A DNA stretch of 64,000 nucleotides from an uncultured Bdellovibrionales bacterium (GCA_964469265.1 CAYXYF010000003.1:23010-87009); one strand, 5' to 3'; positions 36,446 through 46,156 are shown, counted from the stretch's first letter. Numbers and translations are program-made. Notes: generated from the letters alone by a model not told the origin.

Positions 36446-37117
36446 GTGAAAGATATTCCACAGCACATAAGCATTTCAGAACGAATAGCCGACCAAATAC
36501 ACAAAAACAGAACGCCAATCCTAGGTTTTATTGTTTTAATACTTGTTAGTATTGCGAGCTACTCCATTTACCACCACTATCAGGAAAAATATGAAGCCGA
36601 AGCTCAGGTGGCATTGTTTGATGCCGAACGCTTAATGAATGCTCACCTTAGCATGGGTGAGTTTGCAAAAGAAAATGCAACAAACATTGATACCACTCAA
36701 CTGGAAGAAAAACTCCAATCCATTATTAACGAGTTTCCAAAAACCAAAGCCAGAATGCAGGCTTCTATTTTACTCTCTGAGGTCTATCTTCAAAAAGACG
36801 ATACGGCTAAAGCGATTGCTACGCTTGAGCATAGCTTTGAATACTTCAAAGGAGATTTGCTCGATACCTTAGTGGGACTTAAATTGACAAGCTACTATGA
36901 AAGAAACAAACAATGTGACAAGGCACTTCCAGTTCTTGAAACACTGACTAAAACTGACATTCAGGAATTTAAACCAGAAACACTTTTGAGACAGGGGTTG
37001 TGTCAAGAACTTCTGGGTAACACTGAAAATGCAAAACAGTCTTTTCAGAAGCTAGCTACGGAGTATGGAGACACTGTTCAAGGACAGCAGGCACAAAAAT
37101 ATCTTAAGGTAATGTAG
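36446..37117 (+). CDS. YfgM-like membrane-anchored TPR protein
   Basis: GTG start, N-terminal TM (ILGFIVLILVSIASYSIY) and TPR-like helices. Sits directly upstream of bamB, as yfgM does in E. coli. Confidence 0.55.
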   Translation: MKDIPQHISISERIADQIHKNRTPILGFIVLILVSIASYSIYHHYQEKYEAEAQVALFDAERLMNAHLSMGEFAKENATNIDTTQLEEKLQSIINEFPKTKARMQASILLSEVYLQKDDTAKAIATLEHSFEYFKGDLLDTLVGLKLTSYYERNKQCDKALPVLETLTKTDIQEFKPETLLRQGLCQELLGNTENAKQSFQKLATEYGDTVQGQQAQKYLKVM

Positions 37118-37120
37118 GGA

Positions 37121-38272
37121 ATGCCCATGAACAAGTTCATCCTGATTTTTTCTGTCGTATTATTAGCTGGTGCTTGTTCAACATTGAAGCCTCAGCAAGC
37201 ATTAATCCTAGAGACCAATGTCAACTGGGTACGCTCCACTTTAGCGTCCGAATACCTTGGCGCAAAACTAATTCATTCGATGAAACCAACAATTGTTGAT
37301 GGTGTTATCTATCAAGGTAACTCTGCAGACGGTTTTGTTGCCATCGATCAAAAGTCTGGACGTATCTTATGGCGCCGAAATATTAAAAACGGGGCAAGCT
37401 CTGGTGCATCCGTTGCTAAAGGCAATGTTTACTTCGGCGGAAACGACGGACAATTCTACGCTCTTAAAACATCTAACGGAAAAATCGTATGGACTTTTCC
37501 AACTCAAGCCGAAAGTTTAAACGCACCTACGATTGACGGGGATTCCATTTACTTTCTCTCTGGGAATGGAACGCTTTATTCTTTAGACTTAACAACTGGG
37601 AAAATGAATTGGTCTTATGTTCAAAGAGATAACGCAAGTATTCGCCTGAGAGCAACAGCAGCTCCTGTCATTGACGGCAATATGCTTTATGTTGGCTTTA
37701 GTGATGGAACATTTGCGACCTTTGATAAGGCCAAGGGCTTTTTAAAATGGGAGAGAAGCCTGGCTAGCCCTGAAGACAGATTTAAAGACATCGGCGCAAC
37801 AGCAATTATCGACGGCAATAACATCTATGTCTCCACTTATGACGGGAGTCTGTTTTCTATCAACAAAACCAATGGCAATATTAACTGGAAGACAGAAGAG
37901 GGTAGTGCTGCCGCCGTAACTATTCATGGGGATCGCATTTATTTTTCAACCAGTTCACGAAAAGTCCAAGCTCTTGATAAACAAACTGGCAAAGAAATTT
38001 GGTCCTACGATATTCAAAAAGATGGAGTTGCAACGCAAGCTAGCTATCATAAAGAAATGTTAGTGTTTGGAACCTCTGATGGGCCAATTCATATTATTTC
38101 TGCCAACAATGGTCGCTTTCTCAGATCTTTTGCTACGGGCTGGGGAGTGTCTGCACCAATTACACTGGATGCATCTAGTGATAACATATATGTCATGTCC
38201 AATTATGGAAACATCTACTCCATCAATCTCAAGTGGCAGAGACCTCAGCAACAATGGCCTTGGGAAAAATAA
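37121..38272 (+). CDS. bamB: outer membrane protein assembly factor BamB (PQQ-like beta-propeller lipoprotein)
   Basis: Lipobox LLAGAC. Repeated GxVY.G..DG.lYAld..tGk..W blades (e.g. GNVYFGGNDGQFYALKTSNGKIVW, DSIYFLSGNGTLYSLDLTTGKMNW). Confidence 0.85.
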   Translation: MPMNKFILIFSVVLLAGACSTLKPQQALILETNVNWVRSTLASEYLGAKLIHSMKPTIVDGVIYQGNSADGFVAIDQKSGRILWRRNIKNGASSGASVAKGNVYFGGNDGQFYALKTSNGKIVWTFPTQAESLNAPTIDGDSIYFLSGNGTLYSLDLTTGKMNWSYVQRDNASIRLRATAAPVIDGNMLYVGFSDGTFATFDKAKGFLKWERSLASPEDRFKDIGATAIIDGNNIYVSTYDGSLFSINKTNGNINWKTEEGSAAAVTIHGDRIYFSTSSRKVQALDKQTGKEIWSYDIQKDGVATQASYHKEMLVFGTSDGPIHIISANNGRFLRSFATGWGVSAPITLDASSDNIYVMSNYGNIYSINLKWQRPQQQWPWEK

Positions 38273-38290
38273 ACCAAGCAGGAGAGCTTT

Positions 38291-38662
38291 ATGAAATTAA
38301 TAATGATAGCCATCAGCGTACTTGCCTTAAACGCGTCCGCTTGTAGCTCAAAGCCGTGTCGAGAGGTGAGTATGGAAGGCGTTCCTGCTGAGATTCAGGC
38401 TAAAACCGAATCCAAAAACATATTGGTTTATAAATATGATGGGTCGAAGCAATGCGGTGAAGGACAAGAGATATCACTTGAGGCCATGAGCAAGCAACTT
38501 CGTGGAGTGAAGGTGATTTCGATGAGTAAAAAGCATGACGGTATGATGCGCATCCAAGTTTGTGGTACACCAACTGGCCACGCCAACGTTTATGAAATAT
38601 CAGATAATGATTTAGAAAAAGCAAAGTCATTTGGGTTCCAGCTTTGGAACTTTAAAAACTAG
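38291..38662 (+). CDS. small lipoprotein, unknown function (123 aa)
   Basis: Lipobox LNASAC with a good RBS (AGGAGAG). Confidence 0.6.
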   Translation: MKLIMIAISVLALNASACSSKPCREVSMEGVPAEIQAKTESKNILVYKYDGSKQCGEGQEISLEAMSKQLRGVKVISMSKKHDGMMRIQVCGTPTGHANVYEISDNDLEKAKSFGFQLWNFKN

Positions 38663-38673
38663 GAGATTTGCAA

Positions 38674-39036
38674 ATGAGAGATATTGGACTTTTAATTTTA
38701 AGATTGGGGTTTGGTGGAGTGATGTTGACTCATGGCTTACCGAAGTTAATGAACTTCAACGAATACGCCCAACAGTTTCCAGCATTATTTGGAGTCCCTC
38801 CTAAAGTGAATCTCAGCCTTGCAATAGGGGCTGAAGTATTTTGTTCCCTTCTTGTAATTATTGGCTTTAAAACCAAGTATGTTACGCTTCCTTTGGTTGC
38901 AACAATGTTCACAGCATTCTTTATTATTCATGCCGCAGATCCGTTTCAAGTTAAAGAACTTGCGCTTTTGTATATGATGGCATTCATAACGCTATTTTTC
39001 ACAGGCGCAGGGAAATACTCAGTTGATAAGGAGTAG
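38674..39036 (+). CDS. DoxX family membrane protein
   Basis: LLILRLGFGGVMLTHGLPKL and a four-TM layout typical of DoxX. I prefer ATG 38674 (AGGAG 8 nt upstream) to the TTG at 38668. Confidence 0.75.
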   Translation: MRDIGLLILRLGFGGVMLTHGLPKLMNFNEYAQQFPALFGVPPKVNLSLAIGAEVFCSLLVIIGFKTKYVTLPLVATMFTAFFIIHAADPFQVKELALLYMMAFITLFFTGAGKYSVDKE

Positions 39037-39049
39037 AAAGTAAACAGCA

Positions 39050-40036
39050 ATGATTACTATCAACCAGGAGCTTGCAGAATTTAAAAAACTCCCAGAACTT
39101 TTTAGAAATGCTGGGTACTTTGTCACAAAAAAAGATGAGTATGCCTTTGTTGTATCATCTGACGAGTATCCAAAGCCTAAAAAGGTTACTTACACTGAAC
39201 CAGTTCAACACAAAAAGTATGATCTTTTTCTCTCGGCCTTAGTTCACGGAAATGAAACTGGGGGGCTTCGCGTTTTAAATTGGTTTGGAAGAAAAATAAT
39301 TGCTGATAAAATTAAAATTCCACATTCGTTCTTTTTTTGTTTAGGAAATGTGGAAGCCGCACAAAAAGGCGTTCGCTTCGTTGAACGTGATCTTAATCGC
39401 TCGTTTTTGTCGGTGAGCTCTGAGCTTTATGAAGAGAAGCTCGCAAAAAGAATCGAAGGTTACGTTAAAGACTGTGCCTTTTGCATTGACCTTCATCAAA
39501 CCAATGAAGCGTCTGTAACTCCATTTATGATCTTTATCTACACAGCCCAAAAGTTAGCTTTTGCACGGCACATGGATAGTGAGATTCCAATAATAACCTC
39601 AACATCTGGACGGCATAAGGATGGTTCTACGCTTGATTTTTACTGTTATAAAAACAATATTATCAGTACGACCTTAGAACTCGGAAAAGCAGGCTTTGAT
39701 GATATCCAAGCTGAATACGGAGTGAGGTATCTTTTAAAATATCTAGAGAAATCAGATCTCACAAAAGAAGTTCCATTTAAAAATATTTTTCGAATTGCAG
39801 AATCTATTTATTGGTTTGATGAGAGAATCATTTTAAACCCAGGGTTAATCAATTTTACTGCCATCAACAAGGGCGATGTCGTGGGCAAAAAAGCTGAGAT
39901 CGATTATCCATCGCCACATGACGGGGTGATATTGTTTCCTAAATACGGAAAGATAGCAGAAAACACCAAAGAGGTTTTCACCGTGGCTAAACCCATTTCA
40001 GATCCTGAGGAGCTGAAAAAAGAGCCTCAACCGTAG
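39050..40036 (+). CDS. succinylglutamate desuccinylase/aspartoacylase (AstE/AspA) family zinc hydrolase
   Basis: LSALVHGNETGG (His/Glu zinc ligands), ERDLNRSF and CIDLHQT are the family blocks. Confidence 0.75.
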   Translation: MITINQELAEFKKLPELFRNAGYFVTKKDEYAFVVSSDEYPKPKKVTYTEPVQHKKYDLFLSALVHGNETGGLRVLNWFGRKIIADKIKIPHSFFFCLGNVEAAQKGVRFVERDLNRSFLSVSSELYEEKLAKRIEGYVKDCAFCIDLHQTNEASVTPFMIFIYTAQKLAFARHMDSEIPIITSTSGRHKDGSTLDFYCYKNNIISTTLELGKAGFDDIQAEYGVRYLLKYLEKSDLTKEVPFKNIFRIAESIYWFDERIILNPGLINFTAINKGDVVGKKAEIDYPSPHDGVILFPKYGKIAENTKEVFTVAKPISDPEELKKEPQP

Positions 40037-40130
40037 GCATGCATCGTCTCTGATAAGTTATATTATGTTACACAATGGGTAGAGTTATCTTATTGATTAC
40101 ACCAACCTTAAGGTGTAACTTATCATTTAT

Positions 40131-40325
40131 ATGGGACTTTTATCACTTATTTTCGGCAAAAAACCTAAGGTTATCTTCACAGACGACGGTCGTGTTGTTC
40201 ATAAACATCCTGAAAAGAAATGGGAAGATTGGAAAAACAGATTCCGTCAAAATCCAGATTACAACTGGCGCAGTCATTCAGGGACTAAAGGCGTTCCTCA
40301 ATCAAAACCGAAGAAGCCAGAATAA
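40131..40325 (+). CDS. small basic Trp/Lys-rich protein (64 aa)
   Basis: ATG ORF with protein-like composition (KHPEKKWEDWKNRFRQNPDYNWRSH). The RBS is weak. It competes with a less plausible overlapping 98-aa ORF. Confidence 0.4.
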   Translation: MGLLSLIFGKKPKVIFTDDGRVVHKHPEKKWEDWKNRFRQNPDYNWRSHSGTKGVPQSKPKKPE

Positions 40326-40340
40326 TTCAAACGAGGTACC

Positions 40341-41135
40341 GTGGACAGAAAAGTTCGTGTCATTTCATTAGTACCCTCATGGACAGAAACACTTCTTGAG
40401 TGCGGTATTAATGTTATCGGACGAACACGCTTCTGTATCCATCCCGCAGAAGAAATCGAACATATCCCTGTGGTTGGCGGCACCAAAGAGGTCAACTGGG
40501 ATAAAGTTAAAGGTCTTGAAGCCGACTTCGTCCTCTTAGACAAAGAAGAAAACACCATAGAAATGGCTGAGCAATGTCCATGTCCAATGATAGTTACCCA
40601 CGTTAAATCTATCGAAGATGTTGCCAAAGAATTAATTTCCTTAAGTGAAAAGCTCAGTAACGAAAAACTCTTTAATCTTGCAGGAAGATGGGACGCAATT
40701 ATAAAGACTCCAAACTTCACCGTGAGAGATCTTAATCTTTTACCAGGGTTTGTGCAGTGGGTGCGAAAACCACGCTCTAAGATCAAAGACATTATCTATG
40801 TGATTTGGAAGAATCCATGGATGAGCATTAACCAAGAAACTTTTATTTATTCTGTTTTAGAGAAAATAGGCCTTAAGAAATACATGGTCGAGTTTGATCA
40901 AAAATACCCAGAGTTTTTCTTAGAAGATTATGACAATGAGGGCACTCTACTTTTGCTTTCGACAGAACCTTATCCGTTTCATAAAAAGATAAATGATTTA
41001 AAGTCACTCCCCTTTCCGTCAATGATCGTTGATGGGGAGTGTTTTAGTTGGTTTGGATTAAGATCTTTAAAGTTTTTAGAAGCACAAAGCGAATCTTCAA
41101 AACCCAAAGATAGAGTCTTTAAGATTCGCTTCTAA
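40341..41135 (+). CDS. periplasmic-binding-protein type 2 fold (BtuF/helical-backbone metal receptor-like), no obvious signal peptide
   Basis: GTG start. RVISLVPSWTETLLECGINVIGRTRFC...IPVVGGTKEVNWDKVKGLEADFVLLDKEEN resembles cobalamin/siderophore-type binding proteins. Confidence 0.55.
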   Translation: MDRKVRVISLVPSWTETLLECGINVIGRTRFCIHPAEEIEHIPVVGGTKEVNWDKVKGLEADFVLLDKEENTIEMAEQCPCPMIVTHVKSIEDVAKELISLSEKLSNEKLFNLAGRWDAIIKTPNFTVRDLNLLPGFVQWVRKPRSKIKDIIYVIWKNPWMSINQETFIYSVLEKIGLKKYMVEFDQKYPEFFLEDYDNEGTLLLLSTEPYPFHKKINDLKSLPFPSMIVDGECFSWFGLRSLKFLEAQSESSKPKDRVFKIRF

Positions 41136-41139
41136 GATA

Positions 41140-42930
41140 TTATTGAGGCTGTACTATTAATCCTAAGCGTTCTGCTTTATCAACAGTATTTCTGTGGACC
41201 TTCTCTCTGGATGTATTTCCTTTTTCAATAGAGATGAACTTATTAATAACATAATCGCTAGATTCATTTCTGTTCTTAAAGTTTCCTCTCCATGTATATA
41301 TCATGCTCATGTTGTCATCGAGTTGCTTGTTCCAAGTAACTACTAACCGCTGACCGACGTCTGGGAAATTCGCAACCATATAATCATCACGGCAGACTTC
41401 AATTGTTCCGTAACCTTTACGGTTGTCGATTTTGATACGTCTTGCATCTTGTTGAACATCAATACCAATTGCAGTCGTATTTTGATTATTTTTACCAACG
41501 ATGGAGCCGCGATATTCATTATCGTGAGTTGCAACTGCCTCTACCCATGTTGTTTTAAACTTACTACTTACACTCTTATTGACAAGATCACGATCTACGA
41601 ACAACTGATGAGAGCTGTACTCGTTAACTGGATCGAGAATGAACTTGTGCATTTCTTCAAGATCAAGACATTTATCAACGTTAACAGTAGGCTTTGTTGC
41701 CACTGGTGCTGCCGCAACTTCATCAGCAGAGTTTAAGGGTTGTTGAGCCACAGCCCCTTCGTTGGAACTAATCGGTGCCGTGCTTACCACTCCAGAAGTT
41801 CTTCCAACGGATTGAATCGGTTGCTCTGTTCCAACTGCTACAGTTCCACATTTTTTCAGAGACTCAACATATTCAAAGTAAGTCATGTTGTAGTTTCTTG
41901 AATGTCTGGTAGCTCCTTTTGCCTTACATTCTATGTTTCCACGCTGAACTTCTCGCTCAAAAGGAGTTTTACCAGAACTATCTTTATTAAAATCAAAGTC
42001 TTTTAATGCTCTTCGAGTTGTGCCACGAACTGCTGATCTATTATCAGCTCTTTTAAGTCGGCAATCGTTCCACGGCTCACCTTCCTCAGTTGTGCAAGTC
42101 ACTTGTTGTTGAGGAGCTGCAACTGGCGGTCTGTAGACTGGAGTATTGTCGCGCTCACCTTTGACAATAACTCTATCTAATTCAGTCACTCGATCAGATA
42201 CTGGCCTAGTAGATTGCGGACAATTGTAAGGAGCCAATACACGGTACTCTTCTACAGTGTACGTATAGTTTGTCTCAGAATCAGAAGCATTCGGAAGTTT
42301 ACAGATAAGATTATTTGAACTTCCTTTTTTATTTACGTTTCTATTTTTACAGTCCCTGTTTACGTTTGTGCAATCATAGGTATTACCTGGTGATGGTGCA
42401 GGTGCTGGAGTTGGATCCACTGGCGGGATATAATCACCGTCACCGTCTTCGACAACATCCTTACCTAAGCTTGAATCTCTTTTTGTATCTTTATATCTAA
42501 ATGGTTTTGTATAACCAACTTGGCCACCAAAGCATCCACCCGTTGTATAAAAACATCCAGTGCGAACCTGCGGAACACAATAGTTAAATTGAACCGCATA
42601 GTTTTGGCAGTACTGCAAGAAGGCTTGCTTAACAGCATATGGGTTTTGACAGAATCCAGCTCCATCTCTTGCTAACCAACCACAATAAGATAATAGGTCA
42701 GGAAACATTTGATTGGCCTGACAACCTTGCGGGATTGGATAACCTGGGTTTGAAGGATAGTAGCCTTGATAAGGGTTAGAGTTATAACCATTTCCATAAA
42801 TCTCATTGGTCGTTAAACCATAAGGATTATGGCCATATCCATAAGGCTGGGATCCACCGTCTTTTTTCTTACTACAAGCGACAAAAACTGTTACCGCCAG
42901 AAGACATATAATTAGGTTTAAGACTTTCAT
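41140..42930 (-). CDS. 596-aa lipoprotein with N/Y/P/G-rich and Cys-rich N-terminal region
   Basis: ORF track extends to 43059. I start at ATG 42930 (GGAGAAG RBS), giving MKVLNLIICLLAVTVFVAC (lipobox). The longer form would read through repeat copy D. Confidence 0.7.
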   Translation of the reverse strand: MKVLNLIICLLAVTVFVACSKKKDGGSQPYGYGHNPYGLTTNEIYGNGYNSNPYQGYYPSNPGYPIPQGCQANQMFPDLLSYCGWLARDGAGFCQNPYAVKQAFLQYCQNYAVQFNYCVPQVRTGCFYTTGGCFGGQVGYTKPFRYKDTKRDSSLGKDVVEDGDGDYIPPVDPTPAPAPSPGNTYDCTNVNRDCKNRNVNKKGSSNNLICKLPNASDSETNYTYTVEEYRVLAPYNCPQSTRPVSDRVTELDRVIVKGERDNTPVYRPPVAAPQQQVTCTTEEGEPWNDCRLKRADNRSAVRGTTRRALKDFDFNKDSSGKTPFEREVQRGNIECKAKGATRHSRNYNMTYFEYVESLKKCGTVAVGTEQPIQSVGRTSGVVSTAPISSNEGAVAQQPLNSADEVAAAPVATKPTVNVDKCLDLEEMHKFILDPVNEYSSHQLFVDRDLVNKSVSSKFKTTWVEAVATHDNEYRGSIVGKNNQNTTAIGIDVQQDARRIKIDNRKGYGTIEVCRDDYMVANFPDVGQRLVVTWNKQLDDNMSMIYTWRGNFKNRNESSDYVINKFISIEKGNTSREKVHRNTVDKAERLGLIVQPQ

Positions 42931-42984
42931 GGAGCTCTTCTCCTGTTTAATTGCATTTGAGTCCGTCATGTAACTATTACATAG

Positions 42985-43022
42985 CAAGAGGTACGCCGTA
43001 CCTTTTTGTCTAGCGCCGTGCC
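42985..43022 (+). repeat. copy D of the terminator-like repeat (core 42989-43012), not at the 3' end of any annotated gene
   Basis: Identical 24-nt core with 3' flank GTCTAGcgcCGtGcc. Lies about 60 nt upstream of, and antisense to, the lipoprotein start at 42930. Confidence 0.9.
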
Positions 43023-43565
43023 AAAAATGAGGGGACCAAAAAAATGGGAGAAAAGCCAATGAATTTAACTAATTACAGTTATTTAGCCTAAAAACCAACC
43101 CTCAAAATGGGGATTCCTATGGGCGGGTAAACGACAGAAGTAGGTTAATCGTAGGTTCTATATTTTCTAATCCATAATTTGAACAATTAGAGGTTTATTA
43201 ATAGTTATTATACTTAATTGGCGATAACCCTCACCAATCGCATTCTTCTCATAAGTTCCATCAGTAAAACTGAAAACGTATATTCGTCCTTCACCAATTG
43301 CTAATTTTACCAATTCATCTGTATCGAATTTAATAGAATCTTCAACAGCACCTTTGATTATCAAAAAATGTACAACGAAAATGACATCAGTTTTAAAAAT
43401 TGCCGTCAACGACGAAATATTTCAAAGCCAAGCCACAGCTATCAGATTAGTGACTTATTCAAAGAGAAGTTTTGACGCGAACTTACTTCCGGCATCGGAA
43501 GTGGGTAAAGACCTTGTTCATTTTTGCTATAGCCCTAATAATATATAGATACTGGGAGATTTAAG

Positions 43566-44093
43566 ATGCGGTTATTGTGGATTGATTTAGAAATGACTGG
43601 CCTTGATGTTGAGAAGGAAGTCATTATTGAATGTGCTGCGATAGTGACTAATGAAAAGTTCGAAGAGCTTGGGACTTATCATGCGGTTTTAAAGCAGCCT
43701 CAGAGCTATCTTGATGGCATGGATGAATGGAATACTCGAACACACAAGGAAACCGGCCTGTTAGAGAAAATACCTCAAGGAAAAGATCCATCTGTTGTTG
43801 AAAAAGAACTTATTGCTTTCGCACAAGAACATTTCGGCGCTGATAAGTTAATTATAGCTGGAAACTCCATCGGTCACGATAAGCTTTTTTTAAATCGCTA
43901 CTTCAAAGAGTTTTCAAAACACCTTCACTACCGAATGCTTGATGTGACCTCTTGGAAGCTTGTCTTTCGAGACATTTTAAAAGTTAAACACCAAAAAAAG
44001 AACACTCACCGCGCCCTCGATGACATTCGAGAAAGCATTGATGAGTTAAAGTTTTACTTGAAGTTTATAGATCTTGAAAAAGCTCCAAAATAA
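43566..44093 (+). CDS. orn: oligoribonuclease
   Basis: LLWIDLEMTGLD (DEDDh Exo I), GNSIGHDKLFL and HRALDDIRESI are canonical Orn motifs. Confidence 0.9.
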   Translation: MRLLWIDLEMTGLDVEKEVIIECAAIVTNEKFEELGTYHAVLKQPQSYLDGMDEWNTRTHKETGLLEKIPQGKDPSVVEKELIAFAQEHFGADKLIIAGNSIGHDKLFLNRYFKEFSKHLHYRMLDVTSWKLVFRDILKVKHQKKNTHRALDDIRESIDELKFYLKFIDLEKAPK

Positions 44094-44095
44094 CC

Positions 44096-44755
44096 ATGTT
44101 TAGACTTCTCCTGAGTATCCTAACCGTAACAAACTTCGCGCACGCGGGTGTCTGCCCCTCTGAAAAAAACCAAAATGTAAAGGTCATCAAGGCCCTATAC
44201 GAAGCCGTTCAACCAACTTGCATCCAGCGAGAGGCCAAACACTTTAAAAACACCAAGGTCTCTGAAGTCATCTCACGGCTCACCGAGGACATCTCCAATG
44301 ACGAGCTTTTTATCAGGCTCATTTTCGCTGAAAGTCTTGCTTCTAATTGCAACTTAAACGACGACCAAATTTTTGAGTCGATTGCGTGGACACTAAAAAA
44401 TCGTGTGGATCGAAAGTCTACTTATGGCAATGGTACAGATCGCGGCGTTGTATTAAAGCCTAACCAGTTTAACTCAAGCACTGGCAATTGTGATGTCGCC
44501 AAAAGAACAGAGTTTCTCTGTCCGACAAGCTTTAAAGGTTGGGAGAGGGCTTGGATCAACGCCACAAAAGCATGGGAGAAGACTAAGTCTCTAGAAAACC
44601 CAATGCCATCTGTAAGACACTATTTTTTTCCCACTCACTTTGATAACTCCAAGACTTGCAAAAGATGGAAGGGCATACAGCCAGACTGGTCCACAAACGA
44701 AAACACAGTCTCCAAAATCGGAAACTGCGCTACTTTTCACAACGTAGATGAATAA
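44096..44755 (+). CDS. secreted cell-wall hydrolase family protein (SleB/CwlJ-like, Hydrolase_2)
   Basis: Signal peptide present. RLIFAESLASN...ESIAWTLKNRV...VVLKPNQFNS follows the pattern of the family (yaEa...a.vilNRv...QF). Confidence 0.5.
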   Translation: MFRLLLSILTVTNFAHAGVCPSEKNQNVKVIKALYEAVQPTCIQREAKHFKNTKVSEVISRLTEDISNDELFIRLIFAESLASNCNLNDDQIFESIAWTLKNRVDRKSTYGNGTDRGVVLKPNQFNSSTGNCDVAKRTEFLCPTSFKGWERAWINATKAWEKTKSLENPMPSVRHYFFPTHFDNSKTCKRWKGIQPDWSTNENTVSKIGNCATFHNVDE

Positions 44756-44763
44756 AAACCGTT

Positions 44764-46137
44764 TTAGTATCGGTAGTGTTCTGGTTTATATGGTCCACTC
44801 TTATTAAGACCCAAGTATTGTGCTTGCTTATCGCTGAGCTCAGTTAAGCTTACGCCCAATTTACCCAAGTGAAGTTTTGCAACCTTCTCGTCGAGTTCTT
44901 TCGGAAGTCTGTAGACTCGAACCTCTTTGTACTTTTCACGGTTATTAAAGAGTTCCATTTGAGCTAAAACTTGGTTTGTAAATGAGTTACTCATTACAAA
45001 CGAGGGGTGACCAGTTCCACAACCCAAGTTTACTAGACGACCCTCAGCCAATACGATCACATAGCGACCATCTTTAAAGAGGTGCTTGTCCACCTGAGGC
45101 TTAATAACATCCTTAGTTGTATTTTTATTTAACCAAGCCATATCGATTTCAATATCAAAGTGACCAATGTTGCAAACAATTGCACCAGACTTCATCGCAT
45201 TAAAATGTCTGTCTGTGATGATATCGCAGCAGCCCGTAGCTGTAACAAAGATGTCGGCTTCTGCACAAGCTTGTTCCATCGTAACGACTTCATAGCCATC
45301 CATTGAGGCCTGAAGCGCACAGATTGGATCAATTTCTGTGATCAAAACACGCGATCCATAACCTTTCATCGATTGAGCACAACCTTTTCCAACATCGCCA
45401 TAACCTGCAACAACGACAACTTTACCAGCAAGCATAACGTCAGTTGCTCTTTTAATTCCGTCAGCCAGAGACTCTCGGCAACCATAAAGGTTATCGAACT
45501 TTGATTTTGTTACTGAGTCATTGATGTTAATTGCTGGAACCTTAAGCTTCCCTTGTTGGTGAAGTTTTTCAAGATTATGAACGCCAGTTGTTGTCTCTTC
45601 AGACAGACCGATAATTTTGGCCATGATTTCTGCAAAGCGTGGCTCGTGCATCATATTTGTTAAATCACCGCCGTCATCAAGAATCATATTAAAGCCTTCA
45701 GGCCCCCATCCAGTGATAGTTTGCTCGATGCACCAGTTAAACTCTTCTTCAGTCTCCCCTTTCCATGCAAAAACAGGGATTCCAGCAGCAGCGATCGCAC
45801 AGGCAGCGTGATCTTGCGTTGAAAAGATATTGCAAGATGACCATCTGATGTCAGCTCCTAATTTCTTAAGAGTTTCAATCAAAACCGCTGTTTGAATCGT
45901 CATATGAAGACAACCCGCAATCTTTGCGCCCTTAAGTGGTTGCTGTTTTCCATACTCTTCAACTAAAGCCATTAAGCCCGGCATTTCAGTTTCAGCAATT
46001 TCAATCTCTTTTCTTCCCCACTCAGCAAGTTCTTTAAAAACTTTGGGGTTCTCCATTGCCTCTTTGCAGACTCTGTAGTCTGGCGTTTTATTTTTCGTCA
46101 CAGGTACTCCTTTTAGAGCGGTGGCAGTATCTAACAT
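44764..46137 (-). CDS. ahcY: adenosylhomocysteinase
   Basis: 457 aa. [18 protein letters not shown], the NAD-binding [15 protein letters not shown] and [10 protein letters not shown] are diagnostic. Confidence 0.93.
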   Translation of the reverse strand: MLDTATALKGVPVTKNKTPDYRVCKEAMENPKVFKELAEWGRKEIEIAETEMPGLMALVEEYGKQQPLKGAKIAGCLHMTIQTAVLIETLKKLGADIRWSSCNIFSTQDHAACAIAAAGIPVFAWKGETEEEFNWCIEQTITGWGPEGFNMILDDGGDLTNMMHEPRFAEIMAKIIGLSEETTTGVHNLEKLHQQGKLKVPAININDSVTKSKFDNLYGCRESLADGIKRATDVMLAGKVVVVAGYGDVGKGCAQSMKGYGSRVLITEIDPICALQASMDGYEVVTMEQACAEADIFVTATGCCDIITDRHFNAMKSGAIVCNIGHFDIEIDMAWLNKNTTKDVIKPQVDKHLFKDGRYVIVLAEGRLVNLGCGTGHPSFVMSNSFTNQVLAQMELFNNREKYKEVRVYRLPKELDEKVAKLHLGKLGVSLTELSDKQAQYLGLNKSGPYKPEHYRY

Positions 46138-46156
46138 TACATTCTCTCCATTGGTT

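Noticed and set aside
40037-40130. Cobalamin riboswitch upstream of the BtuF-like gene
   Set aside because: I could not find a B12-box-like consensus, and the region is too short for the aptamer.
42931-43059. N-terminal 43-codon extension of the 596-aa lipoprotein ORF
   Set aside because: The extension reads through repeat copy D and lacks an RBS. The internal ATG at 42930 has GGAGAAG upstream and yields a canonical signal peptide and lipobox.
43167-43409. 80-aa minus-strand ORF in the 500-bp gap upstream of orn
   Set aside because: It has a TTG start with no RBS and no ATG in frame, and no recognisable family. It may be a gene remnant, so I have not called it.
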